The translations under genes were made by a program, and so were the position numbers. From a virus (taxonomy: Duplodnaviria > Caudoviricetes), in IMG/VR virus record IMGVR_UViG_3300033073_001332, positions 96,001 through 160,000 of that record: DNA of 64,000 bases, one strand, 5' to 3'. Within the stretch, counting starts at the first letter, position 1, and every line of letters starts with the position of its first letter. Of the stretch, positions 29,337-40,600 are shown piece after piece. Under the pieces are notes generated by a model. It saw only the letters and a list, made by a program, of their open reading frames with translations. It was not told where the DNA came from and ran no database searches.

Positions 29337-31139
29337 ATGTTTTTTGAAGTAGATGGTAATACAGATGCATCAGTCTCTAAATTTGAAAATCTTTCAAAAC
29401 AAATTGATACTTTACAAAGTAAATTAAAAAGTTTTGTAATTGGTACTGATATGGAGGCGGTTTATGAAAACGTCTCAAAACAATTTGTTTCAATGAACGA
29501 TAATGCCACCAAACTTGTTAGAAGTATGGGTGGTGTATTTTTGTCAACAAAAGATTCTGCTACATATGCGAATGCATTCAGAAGCAGATTAATGGAGGCT
29601 GTTGAGGTTAATAAAGAGTTAGGAGCAACCTTCAAAGATGCTAATGAAACGGTTCAATCATTATCCGCCGCGATGGGCAGAATGGTAAACCCAAGTGCTG
29701 CGGTGGTTTCAGATATGATAGTAATGGCAAAATCAACGGGACTATCAAACGCTGAAATTGGAGGTATGGTTGCCAACATTTCTAAGTTTAAAGGTACACA
29801 AGCAGATGCCTTAGATATGATGAGTGACATTGCAATGGAAGCAAGAAAAACGGGTATTAATACTGCTGCTTACATGAAGTCAGTTAATGAAAATATTAAA
29901 AAAGCATCAGGATTTGGTTTTAAAAGTGGTATTGAAGGTGTAAAAAACATGGCAAAACAAGCGGCGATGCTTAGAACCAATATTGAAAGTATCGGAGCAA
30001 AAGGTCTACAAGCTAAGATTTTAGACCCTGAAGGTGCTATTGAAGCTGCGGCACAATTTCAAATGTTAGGAGGAGCGGTAGGGAAATTAGCAGACCCATT
30101 CCAACTATTGAATATGGCTCAAACAGACATGGAAGGTTTACAAAATGAATTAGTCAAGTCAACTTCATCCGCATTTAAATTTAATCAAGAATCTGGTAGA
30201 TTTGAGGCTTCAACTCAAGATTTATATAGATTAAGACAACAAGCGGAAATTACAGGTGCAAACTTCGATGAGATGTTAGAAGCAGGAAAAGAGGCAGCTA
30301 AGTTAGATTTTTTGAAAAATGCTGTTGATTTATCTGGATTAAATGAGGAACAAAAAGGTTTAATCACAAGTTTGTCCGAAATTGGTACAGACGGAAAAAT
30401 AATGTTTGATTTACCAGGTTACGATGAGCAAGGTAAAAATCTTCAAGAATTGATGAAAGACGCTAAATTCAAAGCCGAATTAGATAAATATCAAATGAAG
30501 GAAGGTTTATCTGAAAAACAAATTGCTATTGATTCGATGACTATCGAAGAAGACCAATTAGCCGCTTTATTGGAAATACAACAGGCGGTTGTTTTAGGTT
30601 TAGATTCCTCATCTCAAGAAAAGTTTAGAGAAAATTTAATGACGGCAAATAAAAACGCCGCAGCTCAAGGAACATCATTGGCTAATGAACTTAAAAAAAT
30701 GTCAGGTGAATATGCGGGTTTAAGAGCTGGTGTTGATGCTAAATTTCCCGAAAAAAAGGTTGAAATTGCTGAAGATACAAAAAACGAAGCGGAAAATGCA
30801 ATTACAGCTTTAAAAGAAAAACTTGGAATTGAGGATGGTCTTTTTCCTGCAAACGGCTCCGCCCCAACAATTTTAAAAAGAGGTGCAATTTACAAAGGAA
30901 TTGCAACTGATGATGTTGCTGTTGGTGAAGGGTTAGGTAAAGCACTTAATACTATTTCAAGTGGAGGTGGAAATGTAGGTGGAAAAATAGATATCAATAT
31001 TAATTTAAATGGCTCAATTGCGGGAGACCCGGGTCAAATTACAAAAATGTTTAATTCACCACAAGTTCAAAAACAAATAATGGATACTGTATTGTACAAG
31101 TTGAATGATTATAAAAAACAACAAGGGGTTCTCGCCTAA
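29337..31139 (+). CDS. Tape measure protein
   Basis: Ala/Met/Gly-rich helical protein directly after the chaperone genes. Confidence 0.7.
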   Translation: MFFEVDGNTDASVSKFENLSKQIDTLQSKLKSFVIGTDMEAVYENVSKQFVSMNDNATKLVRSMGGVFLSTKDSATYANAFRSRLMEAVEVNKELGATFKDANETVQSLSAAMGRMVNPSAAVVSDMIVMAKSTGLSNAEIGGMVANISKFKGTQADALDMMSDIAMEARKTGINTAAYMKSVNENIKKASGFGFKSGIEGVKNMAKQAAMLRTNIESIGAKGLQAKILDPEGAIEAAAQFQMLGGAVGKLADPFQLLNMAQTDMEGLQNELVKSTSSAFKFNQESGRFEASTQDLYRLRQQAEITGANFDEMLEAGKEAAKLDFLKNAVDLSGLNEEQKGLITSLSEIGTDGKIMFDLPGYDEQGKNLQELMKDAKFKAELDKYQMKEGLSEKQIAIDSMTIEEDQLAALLEIQQAVVLGLDSSSQEKFRENLMTANKNAAAQGTSLANELKKMSGEYAGLRAGVDAKFPEKKVEIAEDTKNEAENAITALKEKLGIEDGLFPANGSAPTILKRGAIYKGIATDDVAVGEGLGKALNTISSGGGNVGGKIDININLNGSIAGDPGQITKMFNSPQVQKQIMDTVLYKLNDYKKQQGVLA

Positions 31140-31176
31140 AAAATCTAAAACAATCTATTTATCATAAAAAGACTAA

Positions 31177-34100
31177 ATGGAGAGTCCACTATCATTTAAT
31201 TCAAGTGAAAATTTTAGAAAAAAACTTTTGGTGCGTAATTTACCACCATACAAAGTGGATAATGCGTTTTCTAATAATAGTAAACCCGGGTCATCAGAAT
31301 TTACCGTTAATGACCTAACACCGATTGATTCACCAAGTGTGGAACAAATTGGAAATCAACAAGAAAAAGTTTTATTACCAATAAATCAATATGGACCACA
31401 AAACAATCAAGGTGATTTTGGTAACATGGTTCCAATTAATGATAATCTTAATTATAAACCAAATGAAGGTGTTTATGGATATCCTGATAGTATCGGTAGT
31501 GATTTAGAGGTAATAGGTAACAATACAGAAAAACAACTGATTATAAAAAATGTTTATAGACCTGAAAATGGTGTTTCAGATTTTGGTTCAACCGCGTGGT
31601 ATATAAATAACGATAAAGTAATCAATACTGTAGGTGAAGGTGAATACTCAATTCAAGATACGGTTGGTAGTAATTTAGAAACAACTGCCAATTTAGATAG
31701 ACCCGCATTAATTACTAATAACCAATACGGACCTGAAACTCAAACTAATGTTGAAGTTCCAATTAATAACAATTACCAATCTAACCCTAATGAAGGGGAG
31801 TATGGTTTTCCTGATACATTCGGAAGTCAATTAGAAACCGTAGGTGATAATGATAGACCTGTATTGTTTGCTATTAATCAATATGGACCTGACAACATTC
31901 CAACAAATGAGGTACAAATCAATCAAAATCTTCAAACTAATTCAAACGAAGGTGAATATGGTTTCTCTGATACCGTTGGTAGTGAATTACAAATAATTGG
32001 TGAAGACGAAAGAAAACCAAACTTCTTACAAAATCCGTGGGGACCTGAACAAGGTCAAAGTGTATTTGAAGTTGACCCGTATAGAAAATTAAAAAATTTA
32101 GTAATACCACAAGGAAATTATTTAGATGAAAGTGATACTTTTGGTAGTGAGTTAGAGTTAGTTGGAGGAGTAAAAGAAACTGAATCGTATATTGGAAATA
32201 CATATGCGACAGGTACAGGTGAATATGACCCAACAGTATTTAAATACCTTCAAACTAAAGGTTTACAACGACCTTATGCTAATTCAGATAACACATTTAT
32301 ATTTTTACCATCTACATATACACCATATAGTATATTGTTAAGTGATAACCCAAGTGGTTCAGATGGGTCTTTGTCACAAGATTCTAGTTTAGCTGGTATT
32401 GGTGCTAAACAATTAAATAAAGAATTCAAACATAGAGTTGCGTTAGAGTTAGTACAACAAACTTTGGGTCAAATAAATTTATTTAATTCAAATGTTAATC
32501 CTGTAACTGGTGAGATTTCGGCAAAACCAAATACTGACCCATTCAATGCAATTGGATTGTTAACAGGTAATGTACCAATTATAGCTAGAAAATTTAATAT
32601 TACGACACCTGATTTTTTATTTGGTCAAGGAATTAACTTTGCCGCTAAATTAGCAGGACTTTATTCCCCTTATTCTTATATACCGGGTGAGTATTTTGAT
32701 TATCCTGACCCAATAGGTAATGGTCCTTATGAAAATCCATTATCATTAATTGGTGGTGCGATTGGTTCTTTATTTAGTGCATTACAACCTGCAAATCAAT
32801 CATCATCGGAGTTATTAGTAGAATATACGTCAGTACCTACAAGAAAATTACTATATGACCAATTAAAATATAACTTATATAGACCAAACTATAAAATTGG
32901 AAATAATCTTTTAGCCCCTCCAGGTTCTTTTTATATTGGTGAAAGAAAAAGTCATTTAACAGAATTAGTTTCACCAACACCTGAATTACCTTATGGAAGA
33001 GACGGTAAAACATCATCTATGGGTCCTGTTTTATCATACTCAAATATGGGTAAACTTTATGAAACGGACCAATTAAATGATACACAATTCGGTATAAATA
33101 GTAGAAACTTTTATAGTGCGGGAGCAACTAAAGATGGTGTAAAATGGATTGGTGGTAATGTTTTTGGAAGTTTCACATGGATAGGTAGTAAGAGCCCTGA
33201 CCAACCAAACTTCCCATCTGCCGGTAAATTACAAGGTAGAGGAGGTGAACAATTTGAAGATAATAGTGAGTTTACTTTTGGAAACCTTGTTGGGTATGAT
33301 AGCACCAAATCAACAAATACTGATTTTACACCTGGTTCATTATTAGATGTAACTCAAAAATTAATAGATGCGGGACAAAGAAGTTCTGTACCACTTGAAC
33401 ACGTTGGTAATGCTATAAACCAAGTATCTAAAGTTTTTAATGATGGATACCAAGAAATTACTAAAGGTTCGAGAGTAGTAAGATACACGACTAAAAATTC
33501 AGTAGGTGGTGGAGACATTAAGGGATTGGAATATTGTAGGATTTTTACTAAAGACAGACCATACTACACTTATGATGAATTACAAAAAACTGATGGTAAC
33601 ATTAGAAAGTTTACAAATTCAGTTTTAGATAATACTTGGAACGTAAACATTGCACCTGTTGATGGTTATAGTATAAAAGATGGTCGCGTAAAAAAATACA
33701 TGTTCTCTTTAGAAAACTTAGCTTGGAGAACGTCAAACAAAAAAGGGTATACTTATGATGATTTACCTGCGTGTGAAAGAGGACCAAACGGAGGTAGAAT
33801 TATGTGGTTTCCACCGTATGGTTTAAGTTTTGATGAAAGTATTAGTACAGGATGGCAAGATAATACGTTTTTAGGTAGAACCGAACCTATTTACACTTAT
33901 ACTAACACAACTAGAAAAGGTAACATATCTTTCAAGATTATTGTTGACCACCCTTCAATTTTAAATTTAATTGTAGATAGAGAGTTGGCCAACGTAGGTA
34001 ACAACGGAGAAATTACTCAAATAATAGATTCGTTTTTTGCGGGATGTACAAAATATGATTTGTGGGATTTAACAACAAAATTCCCGATGTTCACCCCTAA

Positions 34101-37100
34101 TGATGTATTTGAAACTCAAATATTAACAACAGAAGATATTGTTACCGTTGTTGAAGAACATAATTATAGTGTTATTGAAGAGGAAGTTGATATAGATAAT
34201 CAATATATTCCACCAACTCAAACACCACCATGTTTAGTTTACCACTATGATATTGGAGCTAACACCGATTTAAATTATACGTCTTGTACAGGTAACCAAG
34301 TTGTTTTAACATTATCAGCGGGAAGTCAAGGAGATATTTGTGTACAAAGAGGTACTACACCTCAAATTGTTACACCTGACCCAAGTAATAGTGTCACACC
34401 AACAGGTGATGCTTGTGAGAGTTCAACACCTGGACCTACACCATCGCCTTCACCGACACCGACACCGACACCACCACCAACGGAACCACCATTAAATACG
34501 ACTTTTCCTGAAATTGGATTCTATTTTGATAATAACTTCCCTGATGGAACAAATAATAATAATACAACCGTAACTCAAAATTTTGAACATTGGTATGAAT
34601 TATATGTGGGTTCTGAAAATGAATATGTTAATACGGGTAAAAGTGGTAAATATTCTGCGGCTCTTAATAAAATTTTAATTTATGGTGACCCTACGTATAA
34701 AGATTATACAAACTACGTTTTAAATGATTTACCAAATGATGCAAAAATTAAGTATTTAGATAGTTTTGTTGAAACTAGAAAAGAAAAAATATCAGAGTTT
34801 TTCTCGTACATAAAAAAGGAGTTTGGTGAGGCTAAAAAATTCATTGAAAAAATTGCACCTTTATTGGATGCGGGTGACACGATAACTTTTGATTTGATTG
34901 CAAGTGCATCGGCAGTTAATAATAATGCGTACAATGTTAATCTTTCTAAAAGAAGGTCAGATACGGTAAAGAAATGGATTTACGCACAAGTCTCCCCAAA
35001 TGGGACCACAATGCAAAAATATGCACAACAAGGTAAACTAAAAATAAATGAATCAACCGTTGGTGAAGACACAAGTCTCGCGGATGAACCATATAAATTT
35101 ATTAAGTGTAATAAAGACTTTGTTGATAAGTTGAAAGACGGAACGGTCTCTGTTAACGCAATGGCGTGTAGAAGAACAAAAATTTCAAATGTTCAGAGAA
35201 TTAAAAACGTATCTACAAATGAAAATTCTTCAAATAACGATGCGGGTGCGGCTGTAACAAATAATGGTGATTCTTCACAAACAGGACAAGAATTAACAGG
35301 ACAAGATTTTATAACAACAGGACCTGCGGGACAAGATTCTACGGGCACCGCTACAACTCAACCAAACGCATCTACATCTTCATTTGTGTCACAACAACCA
35401 GATTCCCAACCTTATACTAATAGTATTAACACAAGACCTCAGGATGTTCAAACTCAAACATTAGAAAAAAGAAGAGATTTAACAAAAAGATTAGCAAGAA
35501 AGTTGTTAACGGAATGTAATTATTTTGAATATATTAAACAAAATGAACCTATGGTTTATGATGGTATTAAGTCTAAAATAAAATATTTTCAACCAGCATT
35601 CCACTCTATTACACCTGAAGGTTTGAATTCTAGATTGGTTTTCTTACAACAATGTATGAGACCGGGAGATACTATCCCAACTATATCAGAGTCAAGTCAA
35701 GGTCAAGTAAAACTTTTATATAACGACGTCTCAAATAGTGCATTTGGAGCACCACCTATTTGTGTTTTAAGAATTGGTGATTTTTTCCATACTAAAATTG
35801 CAATAGACCAAATTACTTTAAAATATGATGAAGTACCGTTTGATTTAAACCCTGAAGGTATCGGTGTTCAACCTATGATTGCGGATGTTTCAATTTCGTT
35901 CTCATTTATCGGAGCACACGGATTAGCCGGACCTGTTGCTAAATTACAAAACGCATTGAGTTTCAATTATTATGGTAACACTGAAATGTATGATGAAAGA
36001 GCGGAAGCGACAGAACAATTAGATTTAAGTCAATACGATGCTCAAATCATATCACAAATTAAAGACGATTTAAATGTTGTGGATACTTCAGCTCCTGTAC
36101 CTGTTGTAAATAATGGTGGTAGTACTATTGGTATAACAAAAACAAACACGGTTGATTTAAATACCTCAGCAACTACAGGTACTATCGCTTATAAAGAAAT
36201 CATGGCTAAGTTAGTTGATGCAACAAAATCATACGCTGAAAAAACAACATCAACATTAGAAAAAATTAACCAAGATTATTTAATTGGAGGACTTCAAATA
36301 TTCACAAAGGATAGAATTTATACTGATGGGTTCTTCAATAGTTTAGGTGGTAATTTATCAAACACTGCTAATATTTTTGGTTATGCTAGTACAATACAAG
36401 ATAAATTAAACGATATTGCATCTAAAGCAAAGGAAGATATTGATAACGATTTATGTCCTCTGTTGGCTAATTTATATAATGAGAATTTAATAGATATTCA
36501 AATAAGAAAAGTTAAAAAACAACTTAAAACTGAGATTGACAATAGAAGAGATTTAATGACAAACGCATTACAAAACTTTTCAAATGAAATATCTACCAAC
36601 GAAATAGAGTTAATTAGTTTAATTGACAAAATTAATTTTATTTCTAATGGGCATGATGGATTTATTAAGAAAACTTTTTCTACCGTAGTTTATAATTTAT
36701 CGGGAACAACAAAAGTTACACCACCAACATTACCTGGAGTTATCGATACGTTACAGGAACTAGTCTTAGATTCATATTTAGTAAAAGATGACATGAATAC
36801 ATTTTATGGGAAACTTTCAGAATATTCTTTGATACCAACAGGTGACGATGTCTACAGTAGTAATAACACTCAAAACACATACTTACCAAGTAACAATCCG
36901 TGGGATAACAGATTTTTCATATTATTTGGTAAACCAATTATAGATAACCCAGATAAATTTATAGACGACTTAATTAATAAGGCTATTCCTAATGCGAACC
37001 AAGAAGATAAAAATAATTGGTTTTTATTCTTACTTACAAATGTAAAACAAACACCTAACGGATTACAAAATGTTTATTTAGCATCTATGGTTACGGTTAA

Positions 37101-37302
37101 TGGTAAAATTGAAAAATTCAGAACCGAATACTTTAATTCTATATTTACTAATTATTTACCTTATAATAAGGATAAAGAAAGATTGATGTGGTATCAATCA
37201 CAAGTACCTGCTAATTCTACCGATAGTAGAGATTTGTCAGACATATACAAATCAGTTAACAGCGGAGGTGATTACTTTAACTTAAAAAAGAAATTTAAAT
37301 AA
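31177..37302 (+). CDS. Giant baseplate/tube-initiator-like protein with N-terminal repeats and an OmpA-like domain
   Basis: GRTEPIYTY..T.R and PPICVLRIGDF...PM.ADVSISF motifs of tube-initiator type; inserted YFDN...N.NLSKRR...CRR OmpA-like region. Confidence 0.6.
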   Translation: MESPLSFNSSENFRKKLLVRNLPPYKVDNAFSNNSKPGSSEFTVNDLTPIDSPSVEQIGNQQEKVLLPINQYGPQNNQGDFGNMVPINDNLNYKPNEGVYGYPDSIGSDLEVIGNNTEKQLIIKNVYRPENGVSDFGSTAWYINNDKVINTVGEGEYSIQDTVGSNLETTANLDRPALITNNQYGPETQTNVEVPINNNYQSNPNEGEYGFPDTFGSQLETVGDNDRPVLFAINQYGPDNIPTNEVQINQNLQTNSNEGEYGFSDTVGSELQIIGEDERKPNFLQNPWGPEQGQSVFEVDPYRKLKNLVIPQGNYLDESDTFGSELELVGGVKETESYIGNTYATGTGEYDPTVFKYLQTKGLQRPYANSDNTFIFLPSTYTPYSILLSDNPSGSDGSLSQDSSLAGIGAKQLNKEFKHRVALELVQQTLGQINLFNSNVNPVTGEISAKPNTDPFNAIGLLTGNVPIIARKFNITTPDFLFGQGINFAAKLAGLYSPYSYIPGEYFDYPDPIGNGPYENPLSLIGGAIGSLFSALQPANQSSSELLVEYTSVPTRKLLYDQLKYNLYRPNYKIGNNLLAPPGSFYIGERKSHLTELVSPTPELPYGRDGKTSSMGPVLSYSNMGKLYETDQLNDTQFGINSRNFYSAGATKDGVKWIGGNVFGSFTWIGSKSPDQPNFPSAGKLQGRGGEQFEDNSEFTFGNLVGYDSTKSTNTDFTPGSLLDVTQKLIDAGQRSSVPLEHVGNAINQVSKVFNDGYQEITKGSRVVRYTTKNSVGGGDIKGLEYCRIFTKDRPYYTYDELQKTDGNIRKFTNSVLDNTWNVNIAPVDGYSIKDGRVKKYMFSLENLAWRTSNKKGYTYDDLPACERGPNGGRIMWFPPYGLSFDESISTGWQDNTFLGRTEPIYTYTNTTRKGNISFKIIVDHPSILNLIVDRELANVGNNGEITQIIDSFFAGCTKYDLWDLTTKFPMFTPNDVFETQILTTEDIVTVVEEHNYSVIEEEVDIDNQYIPPTQTPPCLVYHYDIGANTDLNYTSCTGNQVVLTLSAGSQGDICVQRGTTPQIVTPDPSNSVTPTGDACESSTPGPTPSPSPTPTPTPPPTEPPLNTTFPEIGFYFDNNFPDGTNNNNTTVTQNFEHWYELYVGSENEYVNTGKSGKYSAALNKILIYGDPTYKDYTNYVLNDLPNDAKIKYLDSFVETRKEKISEFFSYIKKEFGEAKKFIEKIAPLLDAGDTITFDLIASASAVNNNAYNVNLSKRRSDTVKKWIYAQVSPNGTTMQKYAQQGKLKINESTVGEDTSLADEPYKFIKCNKDFVDKLKDGTVSVNAMACRRTKISNVQRIKNVSTNENSSNNDAGAAVTNNGDSSQTGQELTGQDFITTGPAGQDSTGTATTQPNASTSSFVSQQPDSQPYTNSINTRPQDVQTQTLEKRRDLTKRLARKLLTECNYFEYIKQNEPMVYDGIKSKIKYFQPAFHSITPEGLNSRLVFLQQCMRPGDTIPTISESSQGQVKLLYNDVSNSAFGAPPICVLRIGDFFHTKIAIDQITLKYDEVPFDLNPEGIGVQPMIADVSISFSFIGAHGLAGPVAKLQNALSFNYYGNTEMYDERAEATEQLDLSQYDAQIISQIKDDLNVVDTSAPVPVVNNGGSTIGITKTNTVDLNTSATTGTIAYKEIMAKLVDATKSYAEKTTSTLEKINQDYLIGGLQIFTKDRIYTDGFFNSLGGNLSNTANIFGYASTIQDKLNDIASKAKEDIDNDLCPLLANLYNENLIDIQIRKVKKQLKTEIDNRRDLMTNALQNFSNEISTNEIELISLIDKINFISNGHDGFIKKTFSTVVYNLSGTTKVTPPTLPGVIDTLQELVLDSYLVKDDMNTFYGKLSEYSLIPTGDDVYSSNNTQNTYLPSNNPWDNRFFILFGKPIIDNPDKFIDDLINKAIPNANQEDKNNWFLFLLTNVKQTPNGLQNVYLASMVTVNGKIEKFRTEYFNSIFTNYLPYNKDKERLMWYQSQVPANSTDSRDLSDIYKSVNSGGDYFNLKKKFK
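31330..32230 (+). repeat. About six degenerate 52-57-aa tandem coding repeats
   Basis: EGEYG(F)xDTxGSxLExxG...NQYGP units; GS codons near 31495, 31666, 31822, 31978 and 32143. Confidence 0.8.
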
Positions 37303-37619
37303 TGGATTACTACAATAGATATAAAGATTTTTTGATAAATGGTAAACAAACCGTTGTACCATTCCTTACTATACCCTCAAGGGTAACCGACCAACAATAT
37401 CTTTATAGAACAGGTAAAAGTCGTTTAGATAAAATTAGTTTTGAAAAATACGGAACACCTTATTTTGGTTGGTTAATATTAGCAGCTAACCCTATGTATG
37501 GTGGATTAGAACAAAATATTCCAGACGGGACGATTTTAATAATACCGTTCCCATTAACTGCAGCACTTCAAGACTACAAATCTTCTTTAGATACTCATAT
37601 ATTCTATTATGGCCGTTAG
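37302..37619 (+). CDS. LysM-like baseplate protein (gp53 / tail X-like)
   Basis: RLDKISFEKYGTPYFGWLILAANP...G..L.IP. Confidence 0.8.
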   Translation: MDYYNRYKDFLINGKQTVVPFLTIPSRVTDQQYLYRTGKSRLDKISFEKYGTPYFGWLILAANPMYGGLEQNIPDGTILIIPFPLTAALQDYKSSLDTHIFYYGR

Positions 37620-40600
37620 ACAAAAACAAAATAAAAAAATTTATATTGAGACAGATTACGATAATATCGTTGTTGTAAACCCAAATGAAGTATACACTCC
37701 TGACGGTAATAAAGAAGAACGCTTAGTTGACCATGAAGATTTGGTGTATTATGCAAATTTAGAAACTTTTATAATCCCAAGAACCAAATTAGCGGTAGGT
37801 GAAAATTTTGACTCACCTGTTGTGAACACAACTATTGCAACCATGTTTGCTGGTGATGATGCATTAAAAGTTAACTTTTTAAAACCAAAAGGCAAAACAG
37901 AATTTGACACAAGTTGGTCTAATCAATTAACGGGTGAAGGTTCAAGACAAGGTATGGCATCAAACCAAACAACTGAAAGGGTTGTTAGTTTTGAAGGAAG
38001 ACAATCTTTTAGAAGGGGAGTTAAAAATAATGAAGACACCCAACTTTTAGGAATGAAATCTATAAAAGTGAACGTAAAAGGAACAGGTGTCCCTGAAGTC
38101 AATATTGAACTTGTTGACATTCAAGGTAGGTCGTTATTTGAGCAAGGTGAAAATTCATTATATTCTGCGTTTTTTAATTTTCCATACCCTTTATTTTATC
38201 TTACTCTTAAAGGTTATTATGGTAAGGCGGTTAGATATCGACTATCATTAATGTCTTTTAATGCGTCATTTGATGCGGATACTGGAAATTACAACATATC
38301 CTTAAAATTGATTGGTAAATTTACCGCTCTTTTATTTGATACTCCACTTTCATATGCTATTACGGCACCTAAAATGTATAACACACAAATTACGGTAACC
38401 GAACCTAATGGTAATAAAAGTTATTTTAACACATATAAAGGAAGACAAAAACTTAAAGAAGTCTATGACACGTATAAAAGAAAAGGATTACTACCTTCTG
38501 ACTTCCCCGTGTTATCTATTGAAGATTTTATTTACAGAGTTGAAAATTATAAAACAGGACTAAAAAATGATTTAACAAAACAAGAAGATTTTACAAAATT
38601 AAATGATTTGCAAGATTTTGCAGATAACTTAAATAAGTTAAAAACTGAGGTTTTTGAATATGCAATCAACCAATACTTGGATAGAAATAGTTACTATGTG
38701 GTAGGACAAGAAATTTATTATCCATTTAAAAAAGACATCACCTTCCAATCAAGAGAAGATTTTAAAACTAAAATTAAAGATAGAATACAAAAATACGTTT
38801 CGTATTTGAAAGAAAACGCATCTTTTGGTGAAGGTAAAGATGCTGAGTATCAAATTAACATCACAATAAAAAATGAAAAGGATGTTATAAGAAAATTAGA
38901 TTTTACAACTTGGTCAGATAATCAAGAAAATGTTAGAAACACCTATCAATCTAGATATAATAGACCATTAGCGTCTGACGACACACAAGGGTATGAAAAA
39001 TTTATAATCGATGAAAGAGCCACAGCTATTTTAGATACTAAGGTTTTAAATGAGAAGTTAGAGTGGGTTGAAGATACTCCCGATTATTTTGTTTTTGGTG
39101 ATAAAATTATTTCAGATGGAACCTATATTAAAAATTCATACTTAGATAAATTAGACACTATGTTTAGTAGTTTAGAAGCTAAACAAAAAATTATAGAAGA
39201 TAGGTTAACTAAGTTTTATGCACAACAACAATTAAAACAACCAACTAAAGGTGGAGGAGGTCTCGGATTTTCTCCAACTATTAGAAACATTTTTGCTATT
39301 ATTATGGCAGGTGCTGACGCGTTCTATAGATTGATGGAAGATAATCACCAAGAGGCTTGGAACGTTAGAACAGAAAAAGATAGATTACTTGCGGTAATAC
39401 CTGCAGAAAAAAACTTTTCAGTTGATGCGATAAAAAGTATTCAAAAATCTAGTGGTGAACTTAATGACGATAACGTAGTTTATCCATGGCCATTATATTT
39501 TACATTAGAAAAACAACAGAATGGTTCTGATTTGTATACTATACAATATCCTGGTGATGCTAAATTTATAAGACAAACTAAAGCATACGATTATAGAATT
39601 TGGCCTGAGGTTGGATTCACAGAAGCGTTTATCAAAGCATCTTTAGAAAAGGAAAAACCTGAATCAAATTATTCTTATGATAATCCTACAGACGTAACTA
39701 AATATGTTTCTTGTAATGCGTTAGAGTTCCCATTTAAAACCGCACCATATCAAGATTTAAATGCAATTAAAATATTCTATGAAATATTTGAAAGAACATA
39801 TTTGAGTTCTCACTATGGTAATTTACCTACACAACCAACAACTAAGAATCAAGTAGATAAATTTTATGGTGATATTGAAAGTTTAAACTTAAGTTTGATT
39901 GCTCCTGAAGATATTACACTTAATCAAAATCTTCGCAACTTTAAGTTTGATATGCAAAAACTTATTGACTACATGAAAAAAATATCAAATGATGGTCAAG
40001 GACAAAGTTGGCAAACATACATTAGGGATATTTTTACTACGGAGTATATTCAAAATTTATTAAAAAACATTAATGAAATATATTCAATCAATACATTAGA
40101 AAACAACTCTACTCAAGTATCTGCGGATTTACCTTTGATTACTAATATGAGGGAGTTTTTAAATGATACATCTACTTCTGCAAAAAATACTTTAGATACT
40201 TATCCATTTACTGATGTGGATTGGTTGAAGAAAAATATGTCAAACGGAGATAACATTGGCGCTTATGAAGATTTTAATAACACAACTAAAAGTTATGTTT
40301 ATTTAGAAAACAAAAAAACAATCGCAAGAACAGACTCTAAAGACAACAATACAAATTTAAAACTTTTTACAAGTAAAACGGTTTTTGAAAATGGAACTCA
40401 AGTGAGTTTTACTAATTCAAATAATCCTGATTTGTTGATAAACTCTTCAGGTACGTTGAAAGATTATTTCACAAATAGAAAAGAAAAAGATTTATACCTT
40501 ACAGAATCTTATGTTGACTACGGTTCAGATTATAGTGGTAATGTTAAAACATCATTTCAAACAACATCACTACTTAATACGCCTTATTTTATTAATGCGT

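Noticed and set aside
34435-34490. CCGACA-type short tandem repeat as a contingency locus
   Set aside because: In-frame, imperfect hexamers encoding a Pro-Thr linker.
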